Source of the DNA: an uncultured Solirubrobacterales bacterium
GTDB lineage: Bacteria; Actinomycetota; Thermoleophilia; Solirubrobacterales; Solirubrobacteraceae
Length of the DNA stretch: 64,000 bases
Direction: 5' to 3'
NCBI GenBank assembly: GCA_963795525.1
Contig: CAWCIA010000004.1
Location: forward strand, 108,989-172,988
Shown: one piece after another, positions 21,342 through 31,551 of the stretch
Position numbering within the stretch: the stretch's first letter is position 1
Layout of the letters: every line of letters begins with the position of its first letter
The notes under the pieces: generated by a model
What the model was told of the DNA's origin: nothing
Databases searched by the model: none
What the model saw: the letters and a program-made list of their open reading frames with translations, nothing else
Made by a program: the position numbers and the translations under genes

Positions 21342-22340
21342 TTGCTGATGCTGAATCCGAGCCGCTTGCGGGTTCTCACCGAGGTCGTCTCCCGCGGCTC
21401 GTTCTCCGCCGCCGCGGAGGCGTTGTCCTACACCCAGTCCGCCGTCTCGCAGACGATCGCTCGACTCGAGGCCGAGACCGGCGCGCCGCTCGTCGTCCGT
21501 GACCGCGCGGGCGTCCGCCCGACCGCCGCCGGCGCGACCCTCATCCAGCACGCGGAGTCGATCCTGGCGCAGATCGAGGCGGCGGAGGCCGACCTTCAGG
21601 CCGTGCTCGGGCTGCGCGGCGGGCTGCTGCGGATGGCCTCGTTCCCGTCGGCGGGCGCCACCCTCATGCCGCTGGCCATCGCCACGTTCCGCGAACGGCA
21701 TCCCGACGTCGCGCTGAGCCTTGCCGAGGACGAGCCCGAGGAGATCGCGCCGCGCCTGCGCGCCGGAGAGTTCGACCTCGCGCTGCTCTTCGAGTTCCCT
21801 GGCGAGGGGGACGCTCTCAGTACCGGCCTGCACACGGTGACGTTGCTCGAAGACCCGCTGTACGCGGCCATCCCGAGGACCCACCGGCTCGCCCGCAAGC
21901 AGGCGTTGTCCCTCGCCGATCTCCAGGCCGAGGACTGGGTGCAGACCTCGGCCGCGAGCCCATGCGCGCGCCACGTCGTGCGGTCGTGCCTGAACGCCGG
22001 CTTCGAACCGCGCGTCACCTTCGAGAGCGATGACTATGAGACCGTGCAGGGGCTCGTGGCCGCAGGCGTCGGCGTCGCGCTCGTTCCCCGCCTCGCCCTG
22101 ACCCGCGTGCGCCCCGGACTCGTCGTCCGGGAGCTCGCCCCGTCGAGCCCGACACGCGACGTCCTGGCGGCGACCCTCCCCGGCGCGGCCGCGGCCCCGG
22201 CGGCGCGGACGATGATGCTCATTCTCGGCGAGATCTCCGCGGCCTATCGCGGCGACACGGACCCCGCTTCGCTTCCCGCTGCCGACGGCCCGGTGGAACC
22301 TATGCCAATGCTAGATTCAGCGGGTGGCCACACCGCCTGA
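21342..22340 (+). CDS. LysR-family transcriptional regulator
   Basis: 332 aa. wHTH LRVLTEVVSRGSFSAAAEALSYTQSAVSQTIARLE and a LysR substrate-binding domain. Divergent from the usp gene. Confidence 0.9.
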   Translation: MLMLNPSRLRVLTEVVSRGSFSAAAEALSYTQSAVSQTIARLEAETGAPLVVRDRAGVRPTAAGATLIQHAESILAQIEAAEADLQAVLGLRGGLLRMASFPSAGATLMPLAIATFRERHPDVALSLAEDEPEEIAPRLRAGEFDLALLFEFPGEGDALSTGLHTVTLLEDPLYAAIPRTHRLARKQALSLADLQAEDWVQTSAASPCARHVVRSCLNAGFEPRVTFESDDYETVQGLVAAGVGVALVPRLALTRVRPGLVVRELAPSSPTRDVLAATLPGAAAAPAARTMMLILGEISAAYRGDTDPASLPAADGPVEPMPMLDSAGGHTA

Positions 22341-22683
22341 ACAGCCCGGCGTGACCGATGCCCCGGTCCCGGGTCCGCTTCGGATCGAGAGCCGGCGCGA
22401 GGGCGACACGACCGTGATCGCGCTCGGCGGTGAGCTCGATCTTGCCTCTGCTCCCGAGCTCGAGCGCGAGCTTCATGACGCCGAGAGCGCCGGCCCGGCA
22501 CGGGTTGTCATCGACCTCCGCGAGCTCGGGTTCATGGACAGCACTGGTCTTCAGGCGCTGCTCCGCGCGCGCGAGCGCGCGAGCTCGAACACCTACGAGC
22601 TCACGCTGAGGCGAGGGCCCCACCAGGTCCAGCGCGTCTTCGAGTTGACCAAGACGGTCGACGCGTTCAATTTCCAGGACTGA
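22324..22683 (+). CDS. STAS-domain anti-sigma-factor antagonist (SpoIIAA/RsbV-like)
   Basis: 119 aa. GELDLASAPELERELH...VVIDLRELGFMDSTGLQALL, with the conserved phosphorylatable Ser/Thr in DSTG. Confidence 0.8.
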   Translation: MATPPEQPGVTDAPVPGPLRIESRREGDTTVIALGGELDLASAPELERELHDAESAGPARVVIDLRELGFMDSTGLQALLRARERASSNTYELTLRRGPHQVQRVFELTKTVDAFNFQD

Positions 22684-23113
22684 CGGGAAAGCGCATCTGC
22701 AGCTCGGTCCCGCCGGCCGGGCGCTTGAGGATGGCGAGCTCAGCGGTCGCCTCGGCGATGAGCGCGAGGCCCATTCCCATCCCTCGGCGGTCGAGCCGGG
22801 GGTGAAGCCCCCCGCCGTCGTCGGCGACGGTCACCGACAATCCCTCCGTGCCGATGTCGGCGTGCAGGTAGATGAGGCCCGGGCTCCCGACGTAGGCGTG
22901 GACGACCGCGTTGGTGAGCGCCTCCGAGGTCGCGAGGCGAATCGCGTCGACCTCTTCTTCGCTGGCTCCGACCTCGGCGGCGAAGGCGACTACCGCCTGG
23001 CGGGCGCGCGGCACCGATTCCGGCAGCGCCGGATACGTGGCGTCGACCGGATCGTGTTCATTTGCAACACCTCCATCCACCAGTAGTTGAATACCCCGAT
23101 CGAGCGTCCGCAT
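22667..23113 (-). CDS. RsbW/SpoIIAB-like anti-sigma serine kinase (HATPase_c_2)
   Basis: 148 aa. SEALTNAVVHAY N-box-like motif and a DDGGG G-box. The 3-prime end overlaps the STAS gene by 17 nt, convergently. Confidence 0.75.
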   Translation of the reverse strand: MRTLDRGIQLLVDGGVANEHDPVDATYPALPESVPRARQAVVAFAAEVGASEEEVDAIRLATSEALTNAVVHAYVGSPGLIYLHADIGTEGLSVTVADDGGGLHPRLDRRGMGMGLALIAEATAELAILKRPAGGTELQMRFPVSPGN

Positions 23114-23273
23114 GCGCTCGACCCCCGGGGGGGGGCGAGACGGTCATCGTGGCGAAGTCGGCTCGGGCTTTGGTGCGGACATCGCTCGCGCCCGGGAGAC
23201 GTGACGAATGTCATCCCCGTTTTCACAGTTTCGCCCCTACCGTGGGTCCGCAGTGACCCCTACGCTGAGAAAC

Positions 23274-24043
<770 letters not shown>

Positions 24044-24047
<4 letters not shown>

Positions 24048-26611
24048 CCCGCGTCGCTCTCAAGGGGCTCATGGGGCGCAAGCTCCGCGCGGCGCTGACC
24101 GCCATCGCCATCGTGCTCGGCGTCGCCATGATCAGCGGCACCTACGTGCTCACGGACACGATCAAGGCGGCGTTCTCGACCGTGTTCACTCAGGCCTACT
24201 CTCACTCCGACGCGGTGATCACGGGACGGAGCGCGATCGGAACGAATAGCAACGGCAACGGACCGGGCGGCGAGGTCCCGTCGCTGTCGGCGAACCTCCT
24301 CGCTCAGGTCCAGGCGCTTCCCGGGGTGGCCAAGGCGGGCGGCAGCATCTCCGACAACGCTCAGATCCTGGGCCACAACGGCAAGGTGATCTCGCAGGGC
24401 GGCGCCCCCGGCCTCGCCTTCAGCTACACCCCGGCCAACGCGCAGTTCAACCCGCTCGTGCTGACGAGCGGCCATTGGCCCTCCGGGCCCGACGAGATCG
24501 CCATCGATGCCTCCACGGCGTCCAAGCAGCACCTGTCGATCGGGCACGAGGTCGGCGTCGTGGCACGCGGGCCGGTCGATCACTACACGATCGCCGGCAC
24601 GGTGAAGTTCGCGAGCGTCTCCTCGCTGGGCGGAGCCACGATGGTCATCTTCCCCCTGGCCACCGCGCAGCGCGTGTTCGCCAAGCAGGGCCACTACGAC
24701 GAGATCGACATCGCCGCACGCAGCGGCGTCTCTCCCCAGGCGCTCGTGAACCAGATCAAGCCGTTGCTGCCCGCGAGCGCCCAGGTGCGTACAGGCCAGC
24801 AGCAGGCCGCTCAGGCGACGAAGGACACGAGTGGCTTCCTTTCGATCTTCCAGGACTTCCTGCTCGCCTTCGGCGGAATCGCGCTGTTCGTCGGAAGCTT
24901 CGTGATCGCCAACACGCTTTCGATCACGATCGCTCAGCGCACCCGCGAGCTCGCCACGCTGCGCACGCTCGGCGCGACCCGGCGCCAGGTCCTGGCCTCG
25001 GTGCTCGTCGAGGCGCTGGTCATCGGCGTGCTCGCCTCGGTCACTGGGCTCTTCGTCGGCCTCGGCCTGGCCAAGGGCCTCAACGCCCTGCTCGTCTCCT
25101 TCGGCATCAACCTCCCGCAGACGGGGCTCGTCTTCAAGACGCGCACGATCGTGGTCTCGCTCGTGGTCGGGATCGTCGTGACCCTCATCGCCGCTGTCCG
25201 GCCGGCCCTGCGCTCGACCCGGGTACCCCCGATCGCGGCGGTCCGCGAGGGCGCCGTCCTCCCGCCGTCGCGCTTCGCCGCCTTCACGCTCACGGGCGCG
25301 TTCACGGCGCTCGGGCTCGCGGTCATCCTCGGCGTGGCCGGACTCTCGGCCGGCGGCCTCTCGACTGGCCAGCGCCTGATCCTCGTCGGCGTCGCCGTCC
25401 TGTTGCTCTTCCTCGGCGTGACCATGCTCGCCCCGCGGCTCGTGCCGGCGCTCAGTCGCGTACTCGGCTGGCCGGCCACGCGCATGGCCGGCGCCTCGGG
25501 CGCGCTCGCCCGCAGTAATGCGTCGCGCAATCCGGCCCGAACGGCATCGACCGCGGCCGCGCTCATGATCGGGCTGGCCCTGGTGACGCTGGTGGGCGTG
25601 CTTGCGGCCGGACTGCGCACGCAGTTCGAGTCCGGCGTCAACCAGCTCTTCGTGGGCAACTACGCCCTGACCGCCAGCAACAATTTCAGCCCGACCGGCA
25701 TCGCCTCGGCCAACGCCCTGCGCGGCCTGCCGGGTATTCAGGTGATCGGGAGCGTCCGGGCCGGCGACGGCAAGGCCTTCGGCTCCCACATCAACCTCAC
25801 GGGTGTCCCCGGCAACATCAGCCGGGTGATCTTCATCAAGTGGCACCAGGGCACTCCGAATACGCCGGCGCAGCTCGGCTCGAGCGGAGCCTTCACCTCG
25901 CAGGACTACGCGAAGGCGCAGAACCTCCACATCGGCTCGCCGTTCACGGTCGAGCTGCCGAGTGGCCGGTTCCTGCATCTGCACCTGATCGGGACGACCT
26001 CACCGCCCAAGGGCGCCAACCCGTACGGCGACGTGACGATCTCCACGCAGCTGTTCGACGCCAACTTCGCCCAGCCGCAGAACCTCTACACGTTCGTCAA
26101 CATGGCCGGGGGCGTCAACGCCGCGAACACCGCCCGGCTGAACGCCGCCCTGAACGCCTTCCCGGACGCCAAGCTCCAGACCAAGCAGCAGTTCAAGAAC
26201 AACCAGCTGCAGGGACTCAGCACCCTGCTCAACCTGCTCTACGTCCTGCTCTCGCTCTCGATCGTGATCAGCCTGTTCGGCATCGTCAACACGCTCGTCC
26301 TCACCGTGTTCGAGCGCACCCGGGAGCTCGGCATGCTGCGCGCGGTGGGCATGACCCGTCGCCAGGTCCGACGCATGATCCGCCACGAGAGCATCATCAC
26401 GTCGCTGCTGGGAGCGACCTTCGGGATCCCGCTCGGAGTCGTCATGGCGCTGCTCGTGGGAGGAGCGATCAAGTTCGCCGCCTTCACCGTGCCGTGGGGA
26501 ACGCTGATCGTTTTCGTCATCGCGGCGATCATCGCCGGGATCGTGGCCGCGATCTTCCCGGCGCGGCGGGCGGCGCGGCTCAACGTGCTCCAGGCCCTGC
26601 AGTACGAGTAA
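24044..26611 (+). CDS. ABC transporter permease with two FtsX domains (MacB-type)
   Basis: 855 aa. Two repeated 4-TM FtsX-like modules (ITIAQRTRELATLRTLGATRRQV and LTVFERTRELGMLRAVGMTRRQV) separated by large extracytoplasmic domains. Confidence 0.9.
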
Positions 26612-28249
26612 TCAGGCGTTGGCGGATTCCGCCGCCGATTCCACGAATTGATCGCGCAGGACGGTCTTCTTGAACTTGCCCGTCGCGGTCCGGGGGATTG
26701 CCTCGACGAACTCGAAGCGGTCAGGGAGCTGCCACTTGGCGAATTCCCGGCTCAGATGGGTGCGGAGCTCCTCAGGCGTCGCCTCCTGTCCCTCGCGCAG
26801 GGCGACGACCGCCATCGGCCGCTCGCCCCACTTCTCGTCGGGCATGGCGATGACCGCGGCTTCGGCCACGCCCGGGTGGGCCATGAGCAGGTTCTCGAGA
26901 TCGACCGACGAGATCCACTCCCCGCCGGACTTGACGAGGTCCTTCGAGCGGTCGGTGATGCGGATGCAGCCGCCTCGGTTGATCCGCACGACGTCCCCGG
27001 TCTGGAACCAGCCGTCGTCGGTGAACTTCTCGCCTCCGGCGCCACGATGGTAGGCGGCGGCCACCCACGGCCCGCGGACCTCGAGCTCGCCCATCGTCTC
27101 GTCGTCCCAGGCGACGAGCTCGCCGTCGTCGCCTCGAACGCGGAGCTCGACGAAGGGGGCGGGTCGACCCTGGCGGATGCGGTAGTCGTACTGCTCCTCG
27201 GCGGGCACGTCGTCCAGCTCCCGGGGCAGCCGAGCGACGGTCCCGAGAGGCGAGGTCTCGGTCATGCCCCAGGCCTGGATGATCGTCAGCCCGTGCCGGT
27301 CGAAGCCCTCGAGCAGGCTCCGCGGGACGGCCGACCCGCCGACGATCAGGCGCTCCAGGGCGCTGAGGTCCCAGCGGTCGGGCTCCTGGTCGATCGCTTG
27401 GAGCACAGCCATCCACACGGTCGGTACCCCGGCCGTCATGGTCACCCGCTCCTGCGCCAAGAGGTCGAGCACGCTCACGGGATCGAGCTTCGGGCCGGGG
27501 AGCACGAGTGACGCGCCCGTGAACGCCGCCCCGTAGGGCAGGCCCCACGCGTTGACGTGGAACATGGGAACGACGGGCAGGAGCGTGTCCCGCGAGGACA
27601 GCCCGAGCTGATCGGGCAGGGCCGTGACGAGCGTGTGGAGGACGAGCGCGCGATGGGAGTACACGACGCCCTTCGGCCGGCCCGTCGTCCCCGACGTGTA
27701 ACACATGACCGCCGCGCGCCGCTCGTCCGGCTCGGGCCAGCTCATCGGCTCGCCACCGGCGACGAATTCCTCGTATTCGAGCGCCCCCTCGGGAACCGAG
27801 CCGGAATGCGAGACGACGACGACGTGCTCGAACTCCCAGGTGTCTCGGAAGCTCTCGAGCTGCTCGAGCAGCGTCTCATCGACGATGATCACGCGGTCCT
27901 CGGCATCGGCCGCGATGAAGCTGAGCTCGTCGGGGTGCAGGCGCGGATTGATCGTGTGGATGACCGCGCCCATCGAGGGCACGGCGAAGTAGACCTCGAG
28001 GTGCTCCGGCTGGTTCCACATGAGCGTGGCCACCCGGTCGCCGCTGCCGATGCCCAGGCCGGCCAGCGCGCCGCCCAGCTTGCGCGCCCGGGCGACGCAC
28101 GAGCCGATCGTCGTGCGATGTATCGAGCCGTCAGGACGGCGCGAGACGACCTTGCTCGGCCCGCTCAGCTGCTCCGCCCGCTCGACCACTGCCGTCAGCG
28201 ACAGCTGGAAGTCATCCATCATCAGCCCGGGGACCTTCGTCTCGCTCAT
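26612..28249 (-). CDS. Long-chain-fatty-acid--CoA ligase (AMP-binding)
   Basis: 545 aa. YTSGTTGRPKGV AMP motif, TGDVV...RSKDLVKSGGEWIS, C-terminal TATGKFKK. Confidence 0.9.
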   Translation of the reverse strand: MSETKVPGLMMDDFQLSLTAVVERAEQLSGPSKVVSRRPDGSIHRTTIGSCVARARKLGGALAGLGIGSGDRVATLMWNQPEHLEVYFAVPSMGAVIHTINPRLHPDELSFIAADAEDRVIIVDETLLEQLESFRDTWEFEHVVVVSHSGSVPEGALEYEEFVAGGEPMSWPEPDERRAAVMCYTSGTTGRPKGVVYSHRALVLHTLVTALPDQLGLSSRDTLLPVVPMFHVNAWGLPYGAAFTGASLVLPGPKLDPVSVLDLLAQERVTMTAGVPTVWMAVLQAIDQEPDRWDLSALERLIVGGSAVPRSLLEGFDRHGLTIIQAWGMTETSPLGTVARLPRELDDVPAEEQYDYRIRQGRPAPFVELRVRGDDGELVAWDDETMGELEVRGPWVAAAYHRGAGGEKFTDDGWFQTGDVVRINRGGCIRITDRSKDLVKSGGEWISSVDLENLLMAHPGVAEAAVIAMPDEKWGERPMAVVALREGQEATPEELRTHLSREFAKWQLPDRFEFVEAIPRTATGKFKKTVLRDQFVESAAESANA

Positions 28250-28339
28250 CGTCGTCCTCTCATCCGCTCGACGGTGCGGAGGCTACAGGCTCCGGGGAGC
28301 CGGGTTGGCGGTCCGTAGCCGCCGACCCGGGCCCGCCGA

Positions 28340-29482
28340 TCAGGCGGCCGCAGGCACGGTTTCCCGCGAGCGAGCCGGCGCCGGTAGGGGCGCCGGCGCC
28401 GCGTCCTCCGGGGCGGGAGGAGCGGGATTCGGCCGGGCGAGACGGAAGATCTTCTTGACCACCGAACCGAACTGCTTGTGCAGCGGTCCCGTGTTGTAGG
28501 GAAGCCCGTAGCGCGCGCAGATCTCCCGCACCTCGGCCGCAACCTCGGCGTACCGGTGCGCGGGGATGTCCGGGAACAGGTGGTGCTCAATCTGGTGGCT
28601 GAGGTTTCCGCTCAGAATGTGGAAGAGCTTGCCGCCGGTCAGGTTCGCCGAGCCCAGCATCTGCCTCAGGTACCAGCCGCCGCGGGTTTCGTCCTCGACC
28701 TCCTCCTCGGAGAACTCCTCCACGCCGTCGGGGAAGTGGCCGCAGAAGATGATCATGTACGACCACACGTTGCGCGCGAGGTTCGCGGTGAGGTTGCCCG
28801 TGAACACGAAGGGCGCGGCCGGACCGGCCAGGAGCGGGAAGACGACGTAGTCCTTGAGGACCTGGCGCCGACCCTTCTCCCAGATCGCCTTGAGGATGTC
28901 GCGCTTGTCGCTCAGCTCGATCTCGCCGGCCTCGATCCGGTCGATCTCGATGTCGTGGAGCGCCACCCCCCACTGGAAGAGCAGGGCGAGGAGGAGCGCG
29001 TAGACCGGGTTGCCCAGGTCGCGCGGCCGCCACGGCTGGTCCTCGGACATGCGCAGGATGCCGTAGCCGATGTCGCGGTCCTTGCCCAGGACATTCGTGT
29101 GCGTGTGGTGCATGTAGTTGTGGGAGTGCCGCCACTGATCGCCGGGGCACGCCGTGTCCCACTCGAAGCGCTTGGAGTCCAGCCCCGGATCGCGCATCCA
29201 GTCGTACTGCCCGTGCATGACGTTGTGGCCGATCTCCATGTTGTCGAGGATCTTCGACAGCGAGAGGGCGGAGACGCCGCCCAGCCACGCGGGCGGCAGG
29301 AAGCCGGCGAAGAGCAGGCCGCGGCCCACCACCTCGAGCCCGCGCTGGGCCTTGATGACGTTTCGGATGTAGTTCGCATCGCGCTCGCCGAGGTCGGCCA
29401 GCAGGCGATTACGCAGTTCGTCGAGCTCGCGGCCGAGCGCCTCGACCTGCTCGTCGGTCATCTGGGGGCGTGTGATGGTCAT
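28340..29482 (-). CDS. Membrane acyl-CoA (fatty acid) desaturase, DesA3/DesB-like
   Basis: 380 aa. Three His boxes: HNVMHGQY, HSHNYMHHTHTN, HQIEHHLFP. Confidence 0.9.
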   Translation of the reverse strand: MTITRPQMTDEQVEALGRELDELRNRLLADLGERDANYIRNVIKAQRGLEVVGRGLLFAGFLPPAWLGGVSALSLSKILDNMEIGHNVMHGQYDWMRDPGLDSKRFEWDTACPGDQWRHSHNYMHHTHTNVLGKDRDIGYGILRMSEDQPWRPRDLGNPVYALLLALLFQWGVALHDIEIDRIEAGEIELSDKRDILKAIWEKGRRQVLKDYVVFPLLAGPAAPFVFTGNLTANLARNVWSYMIIFCGHFPDGVEEFSEEEVEDETRGGWYLRQMLGSANLTGGKLFHILSGNLSHQIEHHLFPDIPAHRYAEVAAEVREICARYGLPYNTGPLHKQFGSVVKKIFRLARPNPAPPAPEDAAPAPLPAPARSRETVPAAA

Positions 29483-29528
29483 GGTTTCGTGGTCCTCTTT
29501 CTCAATTGGTCACAGGTCGAGGGGGAGG

Positions 29529-30623
29529 TCACAGGTCGAGGGCGACGTCCCCGGCGGGGACGGAGATGCAGAGCTGGATGTCCTCGTCCTCGCCGTCGGA
29601 GACCTCGCCGGTCCTGACGTTGCGCACGGCACCGGCGGTCTTGCGGCAGGTGCACGTGTGGCAGATGCCCATCCGGCACCCGAACTCGGGCGTGAGCCCG
29701 GCCGCCTCGGCCTGCTCGAGCAGGCTGCCCGCGGCCACGGCGGCGGTGCGTCCGCTGCGGTTGAAGTGGAGCGTGCCCGTACCGGGGGCGTCGGTGATGG
29801 TCAGGCGCGGCGGTGTGAACGTCTCGCTGAGCACGTGTCCCTCGCCGCCGGGCGGCTGGGCCCAGATCGACTCGACGGCGGCGATGAGCTCCGGCGGACC
29901 GCACACGGCGGCATGGGCGCGCGCGCGGCGGGCCGGATCGCTGAGGAGCGCGGCGATCGCCGCGGCGCTGATGTGTTCGCCGCCCTCGCGGGTGGCGATG
30001 TACCGGGTGCGCAGGTTGGCGTGGGACTCCGCGAGCCGGCCGACCTCGTCGCAGTAGAGCCAGTCCTGCCTCGTGCGCGCGTAGTGAAGGAAGACGATCT
30101 CGCCGTCGTGGCCGGCGTCGAGAAGCGTCCGGAGCATCGAGAGCACCGGCGTGATCCCGCTGCCGCCGCTGATGAGCACGAGCGGCACCGCTGGGTTCTC
30201 GGGCAGGATGAACTCGCCCTGGGCCGCGCCGAGGTGGAGCACGTCCCCGGGCTTCGTGCGCGTCTTCAGATGGTTGGACACGAGTCCGCCGGGGTGGACG
30301 GTCACGGTGAGCTCGAGCTCGCCGCGGGCGCTCCCCGCGGCGCCGGCGGGCGAATAGGTCCGGGTGTGGCGGACGCCGTCGATCTCGACGCCGAGACGGA
30401 CGAACTGCCCGGCGCGGAAGCCCGCCCAGGCCAGGTTCGGGCGGAGGCGCAGAGTCACGCTGCGCTCGGTCTGATGGCGAACCTCGATGACCGTGGCGCG
30501 GGCATCGCGGATGGTGAGCGAGGGCCGGATGAGCTCGAGATAGCGATCGACGCCGTGCGGTCCGAGCAGCAGGTCGACGACCGGCGAGGCCAGGAGACGG
30601 CGGGGTGAGGTGAGCGTTGGCAT
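29529..30623 (-). CDS. Ferredoxin reductase-type oxidoreductase (FAD/NAD-binding plus C-terminal 2Fe-2S), desaturase electron donor (Rv3230c/DesC-like)
   Basis: RTYSPAG FAD motif, GGSGITP NAD motif, C-terminal CRMGICHTCTC. The start is uncertain: ATG 30623, or TTG 30662 preceded by GAGGAA. Confidence 0.85.
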   Translation of the reverse strand: MPTLTSPRRLLASPVVDLLLGPHGVDRYLELIRPSLTIRDARATVIEVRHQTERSVTLRLRPNLAWAGFRAGQFVRLGVEIDGVRHTRTYSPAGAAGSARGELELTVTVHPGGLVSNHLKTRTKPGDVLHLGAAQGEFILPENPAVPLVLISGGSGITPVLSMLRTLLDAGHDGEIVFLHYARTRQDWLYCDEVGRLAESHANLRTRYIATREGGEHISAAAIAALLSDPARRARAHAAVCGPPELIAAVESIWAQPPGGEGHVLSETFTPPRLTITDAPGTGTLHFNRSGRTAAVAAGSLLEQAEAAGLTPEFGCRMGICHTCTCRKTAGAVRNVRTGEVSDGEDEDIQLCISVPAGDVALDL

Positions 30624-30641
30624 GGTTTGAAATGGAAACTT

Positions 30642-30659
30642 AGTGGACAGTCGTTCACT
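30642..30659. promoter_or_regulatory. Candidate TetR operator (imperfect palindrome) in the divergent desaturase/TetR control region
   Basis: AGTGGACAG|TCGTTCACT, with 6 of 9 positions self-complementary. It sits in a locally AT-rich stretch, just downstream of a minus-strand TTGACG-17nt-AATATT promoter-like element (30689-30661). Confidence 0.3.
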
Positions 30660-30724
30660 CAATATTCCTCAATCTTCCCTCCCCGTCAAGCGGTAAACTG
30701 GCCTAATGTGAGGGGTCGCACACT

Positions 30725-31408
30725 ATGTCTGTGAATGAACGTACACCGGACGCCGAACACCGCCGCCATCGCCGCGACGGCTCGACGCGGCGCACCCAGG
30801 CCGAGCGCCGGCAGCTCACCCGCCAGGCCCTGCTCGACGCGGCTCTGCTGCGCATGGACGGGGGCGAGAGCTTCGACTCGCTGAGCCTGCGTAGCGTCAC
30901 GCGAGCCGCGGGGGTCGTCCCGACCGCCTTCTACCGCCACTTCGCCAGCATGGACGAGCTTGGGCTCGCGCTGGTCGAGGAGTCCTTCCGGACACTGCGG
31001 GCCATGCTGCGCGAGGCGCGCGAACAGCTTGCCCCGCGGGACGTCATCCGCAGCTCGGTCGAGATCCTGGTCGAGCACGTGCGCGGCCACCGCCAGCACT
31101 TCGCCTTCGTGGCGCGCGTGCGCTCGACCGGCCACGCGGTGCTGCGGCACGCGATCCGCAACGAGATCCGGCTGTTCACGAGCGAGCTCGCCACCGACCT
31201 GGCCCGCTTCCCGGTGCTCCGGGAGTGGACGACCGATGACCTGCTCATGCTCGCCGGGCTGCTCGTCAACACGATGATCGCCACGATCGAGGCCATGCTC
31301 GACGTGCCCGTGGCCGGGCCGGAAGCCGGGGCGGAGATCGCCAAGGTGGCGGAGAAGCAGCTGCGGCTGACGATGCTGGCAGTGCCGGCCTGGCGGTCGC
31401 GGTCCTAG
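30725..31408 (+). CDS. TetR-family transcriptional regulator (DesT-like position)
   Basis: 227 aa. HTH LSLRSVTRAAGVVPTAFYRHFASMDEL. Divergent from the reductase-desaturase pair. Confidence 0.85.
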   Translation: MSVNERTPDAEHRRHRRDGSTRRTQAERRQLTRQALLDAALLRMDGGESFDSLSLRSVTRAAGVVPTAFYRHFASMDELGLALVEESFRTLRAMLREAREQLAPRDVIRSSVEILVEHVRGHRQHFAFVARVRSTGHAVLRHAIRNEIRLFTSELATDLARFPVLREWTTDDLLMLAGLLVNTMIATIEAMLDVPVAGPEAGAEIAKVAEKQLRLTMLAVPAWRSRS

Positions 31409-31551
31409 CTCGGTTCGTCGTCGTGGCTCGCCTGGGTGCTTTTGGGCGGATGGCTCTGACGGGCGGGGCCGGGGTGAGGCGAGGGTTGTCGTGGGCGGGC
31501 GGGGCGGCCGCTCGCGGGCTGGGGGTGAGCCGGCGGTTGCGGTCAGCAGCC

